Shown: positions 47,826 through 59,860, counted from the first letter of the whole stretch. The stretch is 63,938 bases of DNA, filler included, from Perkinsus olseni (GCA_013115125.1; 3 parts of 3 records of this genome joined end to end with filler, not necessarily neighbours in it); one strand, 5' to 3'. Notes: a model not told the origin generated them from the sequence alone. A program made the numbers and translations.

Positions 47826-48656
47826 TCAGTGGGCTTGAATGAACTTATGTCCCTTCAAGTAGGAAGGCCATCTACAAGCCACCGCGTGGATCAGAACGAT
47901 TGCCTTACCGTTCTTGACATCGTCCGAGTCGCCGTCATACCACTCCAAACCGAACTTTTTGGCCTTTTCAATGTGGGCTGCAGTCAAAGACTTGCCGCGC
48001 TCATGTACATGGGTCTGGCCGTTGATTTCGAACTCCTTGATCTCGAACGGAGCTGTGAGCTCCTCGATGGCATCAAGAGCAGCTAACCTGATTCATCAAT
48101 AAACATAGTCGACCTTAGATACTTCGAGCGAAAGCCAGAGTCAATCACTTCCGGACTCGAGTCCCTTCAGTGTCTTGATACAGGGAAAATATCTCAAATC
48201 TTCTCAGTTTTCGGTCGTAATGAAGATCAACTCTGAGGCAAGGTTTTCCCTAAGACAAACACTATGCATTCTCCCGGCCTCATCGAAGCTACCTTTTCAC
48301 TGTGCGTGTAGATGTAAAACTGCCGTCCCATGGGTGTCTTCGAGAAGCACTCCCCTTCGGGCGGAGTCACAATGCCGGCCTCGACGAGAAGAGCTTGCGC
48401 GCTGGTATGTAGGCCACCAGTAAAGGGGCGTAGACCTCCGGCTTCCTCTCCAAGCGTTCCTTAATCCAGCCGTACGGACCGTCAGTTCTGTTGAGCTGCT
48501 TGCTGGGATGACTGGCAAAATACAAAGTCCAGGAGTTAATTGGTGTGGACACGTTCCTCTTTGGAAGGTCCCGAGAAATCCTTTGCAGTGCGAGATAGTG
48601 TACAGCGCTCTGGTACTGGTGCCTGGACGTCGAGGATCGACTGAGCAGCAGCCGCA

Positions 48657-48702
<46 letters not shown>

Positions 48703-49115
48703 CTGTCGCGTTCGAGATGTGTACTGACTTCCACCAGCGGCCACCAGCAGAGTCGCATGGACTGGAAATGCGCCATCAAGGCCTTCGTTGACGTCAACAC
48801 TGGCGCTGACCTGTTGGATCGATAGCGAAAAATGAAAAGCTTCCGTAAATGATACGCATGAAGGCCTTTCCCAATGGTCATCCTGTGTGACGTCTTTGGG
48901 TCTCCTTGCGGATTGGGGAGGACTCTGAGGAGTCCTCACATAACGTGACTAGGTCGGACATTGTCGAAGGACGCTCGACTCACCTCATCGCCAGGCCGAG
49001 GATAAGAAAGGTTCTTTTTAACCCTCCGTAGGCGTCTAAGGCTGCGGCTTAAGGGATTGCCAGCGTGAGCGACGGAGATGATCAGGAGGGCGATTATCAG
49101 GCGATGAGAATGCAT
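47826..49115 (-). CDS. Secreted hypothetical protein, tandem paralog A (multi-exon)
   Basis: Signal peptide MHSHRLIIALLIISVAHA plus an Arg-rich stretch. The last exon EINGQTH...KKFGLEWYDG...IHAVAC is shared with paralog B. Confidence 0.75.
48657..48702. repeat. (GAT)n microsatellite in an intron of paralog A
   Basis: About 15 units, absent from paralog B. Confidence 0.9.
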
Positions 49116-49471
49116 GAAAGAAAGGCACACTATACTATGTAGGGTACCCTGTACACTTGGGTAATCATCATTATGACGATGGCATTATACAACGACTCAG
49201 CGACCCTCCCCCATCCTGGACGAGTGTAAATTTTCATGCGCTTACGAGAGTGACGAAGAGTGACATCCCTCTTCTTCTCTTCAAAGGAATCGCCTGTCCT
49301 TGTGAGTATTCGTTGCTTGACTCCTTGAAACCGTCTTCTCTCGTCAATTACATAGAAGCGTAGCGCGGCCCATTGTCTTCCAGGGATGGTGTGCGGTAGT
49401 ATAGAGCCAACTCAATCGCAGCGGGTAAGAACAGCATACAACATTACATCATGGACAAGGCAAAACATGGA

Positions 49472-50805
49472 TCAGTGGGCTCGGGTCTCATTGAACTTAT
49501 ACCCCTTCAAATAAGGCGGCCATCCACAAGCCACCGCGTGGATCAGCACTATCGCCTTGCCGTTCTTGACATAGTCCGAGGCGCCGTCATACCACTCCAA
49601 ACCGAACTTTTTGGCCATTTCAATGTGGGCCGCACTCAAAGACTTGCCGCGCTCATGGAGATGGATCTGGCCGTTGATTTCGAACTCCATCTTCTCGAAC
49701 GGAGCGGTGAGCTCTCCGATGGCATTAGCATCAAGGGCAGCTAACCTAAATCATCAATAACTATCATCAACCTTGGATACGCCAGGTGGAAGTCAGAGCC
49801 GAGGACCCGGATACTCGGTCCTTACTTCACGAATCGAGTCCCTTCAGTGTCTTGATAGAGGGAGAAGACTTCAAACTTGCTCAGATATCGGTCGAAATAT
49901 AGATCAACTCTGAGGCACGGCTTTCCCTGAAGCAAAGAGGTGAGAGACTCTTGAAGCGTCGTCTAAGTTACTTTTTCACTGTGTGCGTTAATGTAGAACT
50001 GCTGTCCAACTGGAGCACTCGAGAAACACTCAGTGTTTATAGGCGTCCAGAGTCGGGCATTGCGTAGGATAGTCTGAGCGACGGTGTGCAGCCCGTAGGC
50101 CACCATCAAGGGGGCGTAGGCCTTCGGCTGCCTTTCTAAGCGCTTCTTTATCTTCGCGAATGGCCCTGCGGTTTTGAGATCTTTGCTGGGATGAGAGGAG
50201 AAGTACGTAGCCCAGATATCCATGGCTGTGGACATGTTAGTTTTGGGGAGCCTTTGGGAGACACGTCCCAGTGAGAGATAGTGTACTGCGATTTGGTACC
50301 TCTCTTGATATTGGCTGAGCAGCAACGTTTCGATGTGGGCTCGTGGATCGCCGTTATCGAAGCTAATACTCACTTGTTCATGAGCAGGGATGTGTGAAGC
50401 GGGATTGCCCCATCCGTGCCCTGAGTAACGCCTACAGTGGCTCCAACCTGCCGTACAGGATGCTGCCACTGGACACGGCTTCGTGACGTACCAAGGCGAT
50501 CTTCTCTTTAAGTTGGTTGCTTTCTAGCACGGGACTAGCAGATAAGACGTCCTCTCTCCAAGTCCAGACCTTCTCCCGGAGGGCATGACTACCGTTCTTG
50601 CTGGCAGACTTGAAAGGTCCCTGAGAGATCAACGCTTAACATGGTGTGAATTGTCATCGGGCTGACCCACCGCACTGCGCAGCGAACGGGTACTGAAACT
50701 CTTTCTGAGCGACCCTATGCGTCGAAGGTTGCGGCGTAGCGGACTGTTCGTGAGAGTAGCGGACACGATCTGGAGAGCGGCTATCAGGCAAAGACGGGAG
50801 TACAT
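49472..50805 (-). CDS. Secreted hypothetical protein, tandem paralog B (multi-exon)
   Basis: Signal peptide MYSRLCLIAALQIVSA plus an Arg-rich stretch. YQIAVHYL..YFSSHPSK..IKKRLERQPKAYAPL is homologous to paralog A, and the 3' UTRs are also similar. Confidence 0.75.
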
Positions 50806-50913
50806 AGAGGAATGCAGACCTGCAAGAATACTCTGCAAGAGTATGCAAGAGGGAATAACACTGTACACGCGGGAATATAAGACACAACAGAGCGATGTTT
50901 ATATCGCTCATCC

Positions 50914-51167
50914 TAGAGGTGGACGATAGTACGGGTACGGTCTAGTACGGTACGGGTGGTAGTACGGCTCGGTACCCGTACTACCCGTCGCAGCAGTTCC
51001 CAAGTACCTTACTAGTACGCCGTATTTGAAGCACGGCGTAATTTGGTACACGTATGCGTTGTTTAATATATATTTGATACGTACTAGTTCTCCGTACCCG
51101 TACTAGGGTGACAGTTTGGAACGTACTCCGTACCGTAGTACGGTAACCGTACTTTCCTCGACCCCAA
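50914..51167. mobile_element. Degenerate MITE-like element with hAT-style ends
   Basis: Imperfect 28-bp TIRs (21/28): TAGAGGTGGACGATAGTACGGGTACGGT versus the reverse complement of the right end, TTGGGGTCGAGGAAAGTACGGTTACCGT. Many subterminal GTACGG/CCGTAC repeats; no TSD seen. Confidence 0.55.
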
Positions 51168-52568
51168 TACGGTTGCCCAGCTCTGGCTGATCCTATCTTG
51201 CTCGCACAAGGATCTACGCTGAAGCCAAGTGAGGGATGATAAGCAGATGAAGGTCGGATTCCAGATAGCAACTCAATCAGCCAGTCAACGAGGGCGACTA
51301 GGGCTGTTACGCCTCCGATAGAGTAACAACGCCCTATCGGCCGTCACACAAAACAGCAACGGCCCTCGCGTTGCTCCGTGAGCAGCCCGCAACGAGTGGG
51401 AGGGTTCCCTACGCGGCGGCGAGGGTCGAACTCGAGTCCCTGGCTCGCCACTGTTTCACTTTGTACTTGTAATCGATGCTTGCCCTAGAGCTTGTTAGTA
51501 TTGGTAACACATCATCGCACAATTGACGAAAGAACGCCCTGTGCTGACCAGCGGTCAGTGACCACCTTCCGCCTAGCCTCGCCCTCTATGGCTTCTGAAA
51601 CTCTAACGGGACAGCAGACTCGTCAGTGTCGAGTCTGTCAGTAATTAAACCACGTAAAATGCCCCTATAAAAGGGGCTCCACCGTCGACCATTTCCGCGA
51701 AGGTTATTGGGCGAGCGATATTTGTCCTGCGCTTCGAGCTTATCTCGCTCGCCCCATAATGCGCAGAACGAGTCTACGTAATCTCGTTTCGTTGACTAGG
51801 TTTTCTTCACACGCGATGCCGCCGATTCAGAAGCCTCTGTTGCCCAGTGGTCGGGCCGTGCTGAAGCATGGTCGTTCTATGCTGTGCAGCGGGAATCTTA
51901 GCTACGATGTTAACTCCACTATCAAGGCTCCCGAGTGCAGAAGGGGGATGGGCTTCACTCAGTTCAAGAGGTTTACTCCTGTACCGATCGAAAGTGGCGT
52001 TAGTGTTGGCAATCGTGGATGGTTCTTCCCGGGCGTCATACCCTACCAGGGTCATTGAGGTATGCTAGGACTGGCCTGTTGGTAGTAGCGAAGCAGTCCC
52101 TGTTTCAGGCCGTTCGAGGAGAAGCTGCGTTGGTGCTGCTATCAGAACATCAGGGTGAGCGATGAATCATCAAATCCCCTCTTTCTTTGTCAAGCAGTGT
52201 CTTCTGCTCAGTTTCGTGACTGTGTTTCCTTGTCAGTTGCGAGAGCTTCCTGCTGCACACCTTCGAGTGCCGTCCTAGCTCAAGCAGAGCAGCGATATTG
52301 ATATCATTATCATTTGCGATACTCGAGCGCCTTGCGTTACTCCTTATGATGGGAAGGGTAAAGCGGGACCGTCCATGAGCTGTGCATGACAAAGCATAAT
52401 ACGTTACCCTTCTCGTCTGCGGTCGTTCTTCGTTCTACTGTGCTCTCCTTAACGGAGGGATTTTCTTTATACCAGGGGGATTGCACAGCGTAAAATGAGT
52501 AAGGGGTGAAGTAGATCACTCTCGGGAGCATCGGCTGCCGATCTCTGTAGGGGCTTTGCAAATCCTCA

Positions 52569-54004
52569 ATGTCATTATTGTTGCTACGTGGGAGTCTACC
52601 GCTCACGAGAGGGGTGGTACCGCGGGTGGCTTGGACGACAGCCATGGCTAGACGAGGCTTCAGCCAGTCTCAAGGCCCTTATGGCGACGACCATATAGAG
52701 CAGTTGAAGCGGGCCATGATGAACCCGAAGACCGACCCCGAGAGGTACTGGAAGGAGGAAGAGCTGAGGGCGAAGACTGAAGGGAGGCCTGGTACGACCA
52801 TTGCCGGAGACGGTGTTATGGAGAGTGGTTAGTTCCTGAGAAGCCCTCGGGGCCTAGCTTGAAGCCTCTGCCGTCGAACCAGTGGAATTTTGACGATGCC
52901 GGTATCATAAAAGAAGATGATACTAATGTGAAGTAAGCACAGCACGGACAAGCTGGATGCCTTCTGGGCTGCCTCTCAGTTTCACGTACAAGGGCGCAGC
53001 TTTATTTGTCTGCGTTGGCTCGCTGGTCCTGCTCATGGTTGAGTTGTAGGCCCTTCCTCGTAGTCACTGTGCGTGACTAGTCCTGCATCTTCTCAGTGCT
53101 GACTACCAGCGTAAGCACGGCGTTGGACGCTCTCTAGCGGAGATAGAGGAGATTGGCAAGCCCAAGCTGGGAGGCCCGTGGACCCTCGTGGACTGCCGTA
53201 CGTCTCGAGTTGTAGTTGCCGTTGGTGATGTAAAATGCGGGCTCCTCAGGCAGCGGCAAGCCTTTGGCGTCGGAGCAGCTCAGGGGAAAGTTTTATCTTA
53301 TTTATTTTGGCTTCACCTTCTGCCCAGACATTTGCCCTCAAGAACTGGAGAAGGCGGGCAAGGCGGTGGACATCGTAGAGAAGGAGTATGGTGATGGTGA
53401 GCTCGGTGTCACCCTGCTCGGTCGCTAGTTGACCCTTTCAGGCACCATAGTGCCGATCTTCGTTACTGTTGATCCTAGTAGAGACACCTGTGCTCAGGTT
53501 GGTGAAGTCAGGTATCACCATTGTTGCGAAGGGGCTTCTTCTTTTTAGACTACGCTCTACCTCAGCGAGTTCGATCCCCGTACGATCGGCCTTACTGGCA
53601 CGCATGAACAAATCAAAGATATCACTAGGAAGTTTAGAGTGTAGGGTGGTGACATGGTCATCAGCTCACTCTTCACAACCTGTCGTGCGATACTGCAACA
53701 CAGCACAGTCTATGATTAGTCGTCTCGCGCCACGGGCGAGTAGACGCTCGCGCTGATACGTGTTGCGTCATCATCATAGTCCAGGTACTACAACCAGGGT
53801 ATCCGTAACGACTCTGAAGACTACCTTGTTGATCATTCTATCATTCATTACCTTGTGGGACCAAATGGCAAGTTTATTGACTTCTATGGGAAGAACATGA
53901 CAGCAGATGAGATAGCCGCGAAGATTGGCAAGGAGATACACCGATATCGCAAAAGGCGGGAGGAGCGGAGGCAGAATAGGGGAGTGCGGGATAGTGAGAA
54001 GTAG
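52569..54004 (+). CDS. SCO1: Cytochrome c oxidase assembly copper chaperone SCO1/SenC (multi-exon)
   Basis: Mitochondrial-type leader, a TM segment, [43 protein letters not shown] and [19 protein letters not shown]. Confidence 0.96.
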
Positions 54005-54322
54005 AGATCTTCGATGATAAGCATGCAGATGTTTCCGTTGTCGTGACGACTTTAGTTTCCCGATGAAGATCATCATCACATCAGTGCGTTATTAGTTACG
54101 TTACTTTTGCACGGGGGTCTGCTGAGCAGCAGGCTGCTGAGCAGCAGCTCATTATCATACAATTATTAGATACGTCTAATGATTGACGTCATTCTGATTC
54201 GGAATCGCATTTGCAGTGAAGGCTTTGGTGTGCCCGAACTTTCACTCAACGAAGAGTAAGCACTTCGAATGAGCAATAATCATACTGTGAATCCCGAGTC
54301 CCTCGTCGCATCGGATGCGCCG

Positions 54323-55671
54323 CACGGTGGCGCCAAGAATTAAAGTGCCATAAGATAAAAACGCCATACGCAAGAGGATCTCCTGAGTTCATTAGAAAAA
54401 GTTTCAGATCGATATTCGAAGTCAGTGGCTCAAACTTGTTGGACGACAGCTACTGAATTTCGTGCTACTGTTTGGTTCGCCCGACCGCCTATCAGTGAGA
54501 GACTCCCGTTAATTGATCCAACACAACTGAATACATTCCTTATCTGAATCAACTCTAACGTATAATCTGTGTCTCCAGCAGGCTGGCTACTTCCAGCCTC
54601 TGGGATCTGCATCATCTGCTATAGACGATCTGTTCAATTATCGTTGAGCTTGTAGCTCAATATATCGATCACGCTTCAGCGCAAGGTCTGCTCGTGTCCA
54701 CGAAGACAGCGCTCGTGTGACGACCGATGCGCTCAGCCAACACTACAAAGACTTCGGGAGTCTGACTCCCGATTCACCCTCGCTAACTCTTGTTTTGAAC
54801 GCTACTCTTGCTATAGAGTGAAAAGTACTCGTAGGGAGACCGAAGTGCTGGCATACGATTTGTAGGAAGACTCCTTCCTCGGAGACAAAAATTGCTCTTA
54901 TACTCAGAGAGCGAGGCTCGGAAAGCCGCTCTACGTGGGAAGTTCCCACGTAAAGCGGCTATCCGAACCTCTCGACATCCATTCGAGAGGCTATCCGAGC
55001 CATTTACTCTGGACATCTCTACCGTGACTGTCGAAGCGCAGCTCTCCTGTGATGACTTCAGAAGGTGTAGGACGCCTTGCTGTTCGGCCAACCGCTCAAA
55101 GAACCGCACCTCATCGTGCTGGTTCAGAAACTGGAGGTTCTTGAACTCCTCAACCAGCCCCGAGGAATGTACTTTTCCATCCAGGAGCGAGTCCCCTTAC
55201 CAAGAGCTATTCTGCAATTGCGACAGATACCCCACGATTCGAAAGTCTTCGGATGAATACCGATAAAACTTCCGATGATATCAACTGACTGGACAACCGG
55301 TCGGAAGCCTTTGCCAGCGTGACCACGCAGATATTACGTGTTAGCTTGGGGCACAACGCTATTACGTGTTAGCGGGGATCAACTACAGGGAGAGTGAAAT
55401 TGACTACTGAAACGCGGTATCTTGGCAAACGCCCGTAATAAGGGCGTCCTCATAGTATGTAGAGGAGTATTTATGGGCGCGGATTGGGCTACGGGGCTTG
55501 AATGATACTAGCTCTGACCGTGTTTTTCTTGTAGCCCTCTGAAAATTCTAGTCGAGCAAGTTTGCGCCACTGGCTTCGAATATCGATCTGGAACTTTTTT
55601 CAACGAACTCAGGAGATGTTCTTACGTATGGTGTTTTTATCTTAGGGCACTTTAATTTTTGGCGCACCGTG
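54323..55671. mobile_element. Non-autonomous Transib-like DNA transposon, 1349 bp
   Basis: Both ends begin CACGGTG. The ~120-bp TIRs (54323-54444 / 55551-55671) differ by about 14 mismatches and 1 gap by eye. Identical 5-bp flanks CGCCG at 54318-54322 and 55672-55676. No intact transposase ORF. Confidence 0.85.
54913..54971. repeat. 59-bp palindrome near the centre of the Transib-like element
   Basis: GAGGCTCGGAAAGCCGCTCTACGTGGGAA-G-TTCCCACGTAAAGCGGCTATCCGAACCTC; 26 of 29 arm positions are complementary. Confidence 0.9.
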
Positions 55672-57086
55672 CGCCGTCTGAAAACCCCTAAGCGGGAGAA
55701 TATTAGGAAGGCATGCAGTTTGCAAGGTTTGCAGACGAGTCGCAACCCTTGACAAGACTTGCGTACCCACGTTTCAAAGCAGATGCCTCTGCGTATTGCA
55801 TTTTAGTCGCATCATACGTTTTACTGTTGGGTTGACAATTCCAAGTTGGCATTGCCAACTCGGCATCACTCTGTCACAGAGTCTGTGTGCAATACTCCCT
55901 TACGGCATTCGCTAGCCACTGACGAGCCCAACACCCACGGATCTATTGTGGCCAGTTGCACATCTCATATGGGTAACTAATATGATCACTCAAACTAAAA
56001 CTGTTTTCGAGTGTGCGTTTATGCTAAGTCTTATATGCGCTGCCGTCCTTCGACGACATACAGTTTACGGCATGAAATGAGATCAGTTACTCAGTTTAAA
56101 CCCCAAACAGCGCAACGCACTCACACATGCCTCTCTCCACATGGCAGGTGTGAGGTGTATCGTGACTGGCCAGTTTATGCTTTCACCAGCGAGACGAGCT
56201 GGGTCGCTGGGTATCGCACAACCGCAAGGCCAGCCAACGCTCGGAGTGCGCGAGTGTGCGGAACACGGGCGTCTGAACGTTGGAGAGATGATGAGGAGAG
56301 GCTTACCTGTTGAGGCTGCTGATGAGCTATTCATGCTTGCAGCGCCAAAAGCTTTCGGACGCATAGGGATATTTGAAGGAATCTTCAGTTCGGATTTGAA
56401 GATTTTTGAAGGAATCGGTGAGGTGTGCTATGACATAGTATCGGCACATACATTGTATCGCACAGCTTGCGAATCGCAGTCTGCGAAATCACGCACTATC
56501 GCAGCCTGCAGACTTCGACTTGCCAAAGAGGAGACTGGTTTCAGAGTGGTGATTGTCGTTTCAGCCTTGTAAAAGAGTATGTCCACCGTGGATCCCTGCC
56601 GATGAAAGCACTGGCCTCCTCGGTTGACAGGACGTCGATACCATTGGCTCCACGGCGAGTCCTTGGACTACCGCTATTGGACGGTCCAATTTGGACCCGA
56701 TCGGGTCAACCTCTTCACTACTGCTGTGACCACTCACGATATCGCTGTTGCCTTGCGTGACGCAAGTTGCGTCTTATTTCCAATACTGCGCTGACCTATT
56801 CGCACATTGAGCCTATTGAATCCCACTGGGATAAGGAAAGCAATTTCATTCAGAGTATCATTCCTGCTACGGTAGCAAGAAGTAGCAGTGCTACTTCTCT
56901 TCGTGTGACTGCTGTGCTAGGGCGCCTAGGAGGAAAATGCTTGTGATAGCGGACGAGAGCTCCGGGAGCACCTCTTGCAGTGAATTGAATTGCCATGTGT
57001 CAACCACGTTGCATGACAGACCTCTGGCAGAGTCCTCTGCCTTATGACGTCATGAGGCAATAATGTTACGTTGTAATGCCATACGG

Positions 57087-57111
57087 CACGGGTCGTGCCG
57101 CACGACCCGTG
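57087..57111. repeat. Perfect palindrome with 12-bp arms and a 1-nt centre
   Basis: CACGGGTCGTGC-C-GCACGACCCGTG. Confidence 0.85.
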
Positions 57112-57787
57112 TCTAACCATATCGCTTTCTCCTTACAGAGTCAACGACTTGGGCATGAAACTCTTGTACCAATTTGATGGCCGTCAAAGAGTCGCTCGCT
57201 TAGAAAGTGCGGTGTCCGTGATATAGAGTTCATCGTGAAAACCCATAATCATAGATCGAGATACTCTATTATTGATGCGTATGTATGGACGCCTGAGGCA
57301 GCGGCACACCATTGGCGACCGAGCATCTCATCGTCTGTCAGAGTCTGTTACACCTCTTACGCAATCCTTGGTGTGAGAGTAGTGAACTGTATGATGTAAC
57401 AAATTTCACTTACTGTAAGGGGAAACTTACTCCTTACTGTTTTACTTACTCCTTGGTGTGACTTACATCTCGGCCAATAACAGTTGTGTAACACTTCTTA
57501 TGTTCCCTTACCTTACCTACCGGCACATTTCAGGTTATTTATACCCGCCTTCGAACGACAACCGGCCGTCTGCTGCACCCCCGGCTGAAGTCCCCAGCGG
57601 AATACTTTTCCAACTCGACGCCAGCAGAATCAGCACAAACAATCAACCTCAGTAATCGTGAAGTAAATTAATAGGATATAGATCGTCACTGCGGGCTTCA
57701 TCGAATACTTATCGGAAACATACTCCTTCTACTACACCGGAGAAAACGAAATGCGGCAAGTGTGGCAAGAATCCGGAGCAACAAAAA

Positions 57788-59860
57788 CTATGATGTGCGG
57801 GCGGCATAGCTGCTGGTGAGGTCGATCAGCGCCTGTCGAGCATCACAATTAGGCAGTTGAAGCAAGCATCCAATGGCCTGAGAGAAACAATAGAATGGAT
57901 TTCCCCAAGCCAAATGTGTGACACTGGCGTAGTGGTTATGATGCACGTTTCACAGCCCGCTAGTCCCTAGTTCTATTCCCCCTGTGGTTACTTTGGAGGC
58001 ATGATATCTCACGAGCAGTCTTGCTCGTTGCAATGCTCTCTCGTTCCCTCGCAATGCCTGGAAAGCCTCCTCCGGGTCCGTCTTTCCTTTAAACCCGCGC
58101 TCCACCAGAGGAAGGAGGGAAGGGTCATCGTCACACGCGAATAGGAACTAAACAATACCAATGGAGATCGCCATCGATCCCTTCTCCGACAACAGGGTCT
58201 ACCGGTGCTGTTGCCTGGCCATTGACTAAGTCAGATCCTTTCGGTTTTCCCAACCCGGAGTCCACAGCGTCCACCTCTACATCCAGCATATCATCCCGTA
58301 TTTGGAATTCCAAACCGAAGTGCACCCCGAAAAGATAACAGGCGGATATCAGCGCCGGTGGGAGATCTGAAGGATGCGGCCGGTAGGGCATCATTGCAGC
58401 ACAACTCAGGCCGAGGCGGACGAAGGCGATTCTTAGATAACTTTTGTCATCAGAAAGAAAATACTTTGCGAGAAGTTCCAGTGATGGTTGAGCCAATACA
58501 CCATGGCGATGCGACTGAATGCGTCCACTTACCGGCAATGATGGCTACGGACTCCATCGCGCTCGCGAAAAGACTAGCTGTCTTGTAGAAGGACTTCAGT
58601 ATATACCGCCGAAAGTGGGGAAGGACTGCTGGCGATTTGAGGGTAATATCGGAAAATTTATCAGACTGCACTGCGGTGGACGGAGATCTCGGCAGGCTGA
58701 ATGACACACAAAGCAACGGTTTCAAAGGGGATCCGACGCGGATAGAACTGGCGACCACGCAGATGGAAGGCTGGAATTCTACCCTTAGGCCACTCAGGAA
58801 TAAATACCGCGCAGTAGAAGCAGAAGAATCTTACTTGGGCGAGACTTTCGGAGCGTGTCGAGGACTGTTGCTCTCGTCAAATTCACTATCAGAGCCGCCT
58901 GAAGGGAACCATCGCCCTCAAAACCCATACGAGTTGGAGTAAGCATTACACTTGGTAGTGGTCGTGCTACCATCCTCATCCCGCTTCACCGATATACTCG
59001 CTCTCGCGTCATCGTCATCAGCAGGCAACTGCTTCTTATGTTCAACTTGCAAGAGCTCACCTGAAGCTACCATCCCACCAACGCAGCCGTCAGCCTGATC
59101 ACCTTTGACGAGGTTTTGCATGCTTCCCGCCACCCGGGCCGTGACCTTGGGGTCGTTGATCTTACTCAAGCAACCAATCATGACGGATATTATGAAGTCC
59201 CCCGTCCATACTGCCCGTTGGTTACCATATCGACTGAGCGATTCCACTCCTTCCACAACTCTCAAGGCGGCTTACCAGCAATGACTTTCCAGTCCCCGTC
59301 TTGTAGCTGCCTCGTCAACTACATCGTCGTGAAGCAAAGAGGCGTTGTGCTCACACTCGATCACCTGAGGTTGAAAAGATACTCCCTTTCAACTTAGCAG
59401 CCCACCTCGGACCTCCGCGAGCAGAGCTTGCTTAGCCACTGTAGCTCCCTCGTTTATGATGCCATCCTTCCGTTTGTCCAGAGAAGGCGGCACTTTCGCT
59501 GCTACATCGGCCATCAGCAGGACAAGACGACTCCTCGCCATTTTACCTTTCGCCAACAACATCGCCGTCAACCACCAGCCCAGTGCTTACCCGAAGCCTT
59601 GAAGGCATAAGCGGAAGAATCCTTCAACCTCTCCGATTTCACTTCGGCAGCATCAGCCTCACAACACTCCAGTATGCACTTATGGACCTCCCCGGTCCGA
59701 TCCTCTGTCAGTTCGGCCCATAGCGGCCCGGTGGCAGAGGACGGTCTCGACGGCCAGTCCTCTGGAGAGCAATGATGGGGATCGAATGGGTGGTGGTATT
59801 ACCTTCGATAACGGAGCTCTCCCTAACCTCATCGTTCAGCCGATCGACATGGCTGCACAT
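57788..59860 (-). CDS. Long-chain trans-polyprenyl diphosphate synthase (solanesyl/decaprenyl, COQ1/PDSS1-like), multi-exon; 5' end approximate
   Basis: KGKMARSRLVLL, FARM HNASLLHDDVVDEAATRRG, GNQRAVWTGDF, GELLQ, YKTASLF, SARM FQIRDDMLD, GKPKGSDLVNGQATAPVL. Confidence 0.92.

Noticed and set aside
54860-54949. Peptide TSHVERLSEPRSLSIRAIFVSEEG resembling the RAG1/Transib C-terminal catalytic region
   Set aside because: Its first half is encoded by the 59-bp DNA palindrome, the catalytic Glu context is not preserved and no other RAG1 motifs were found, so it was not counted as evidence.
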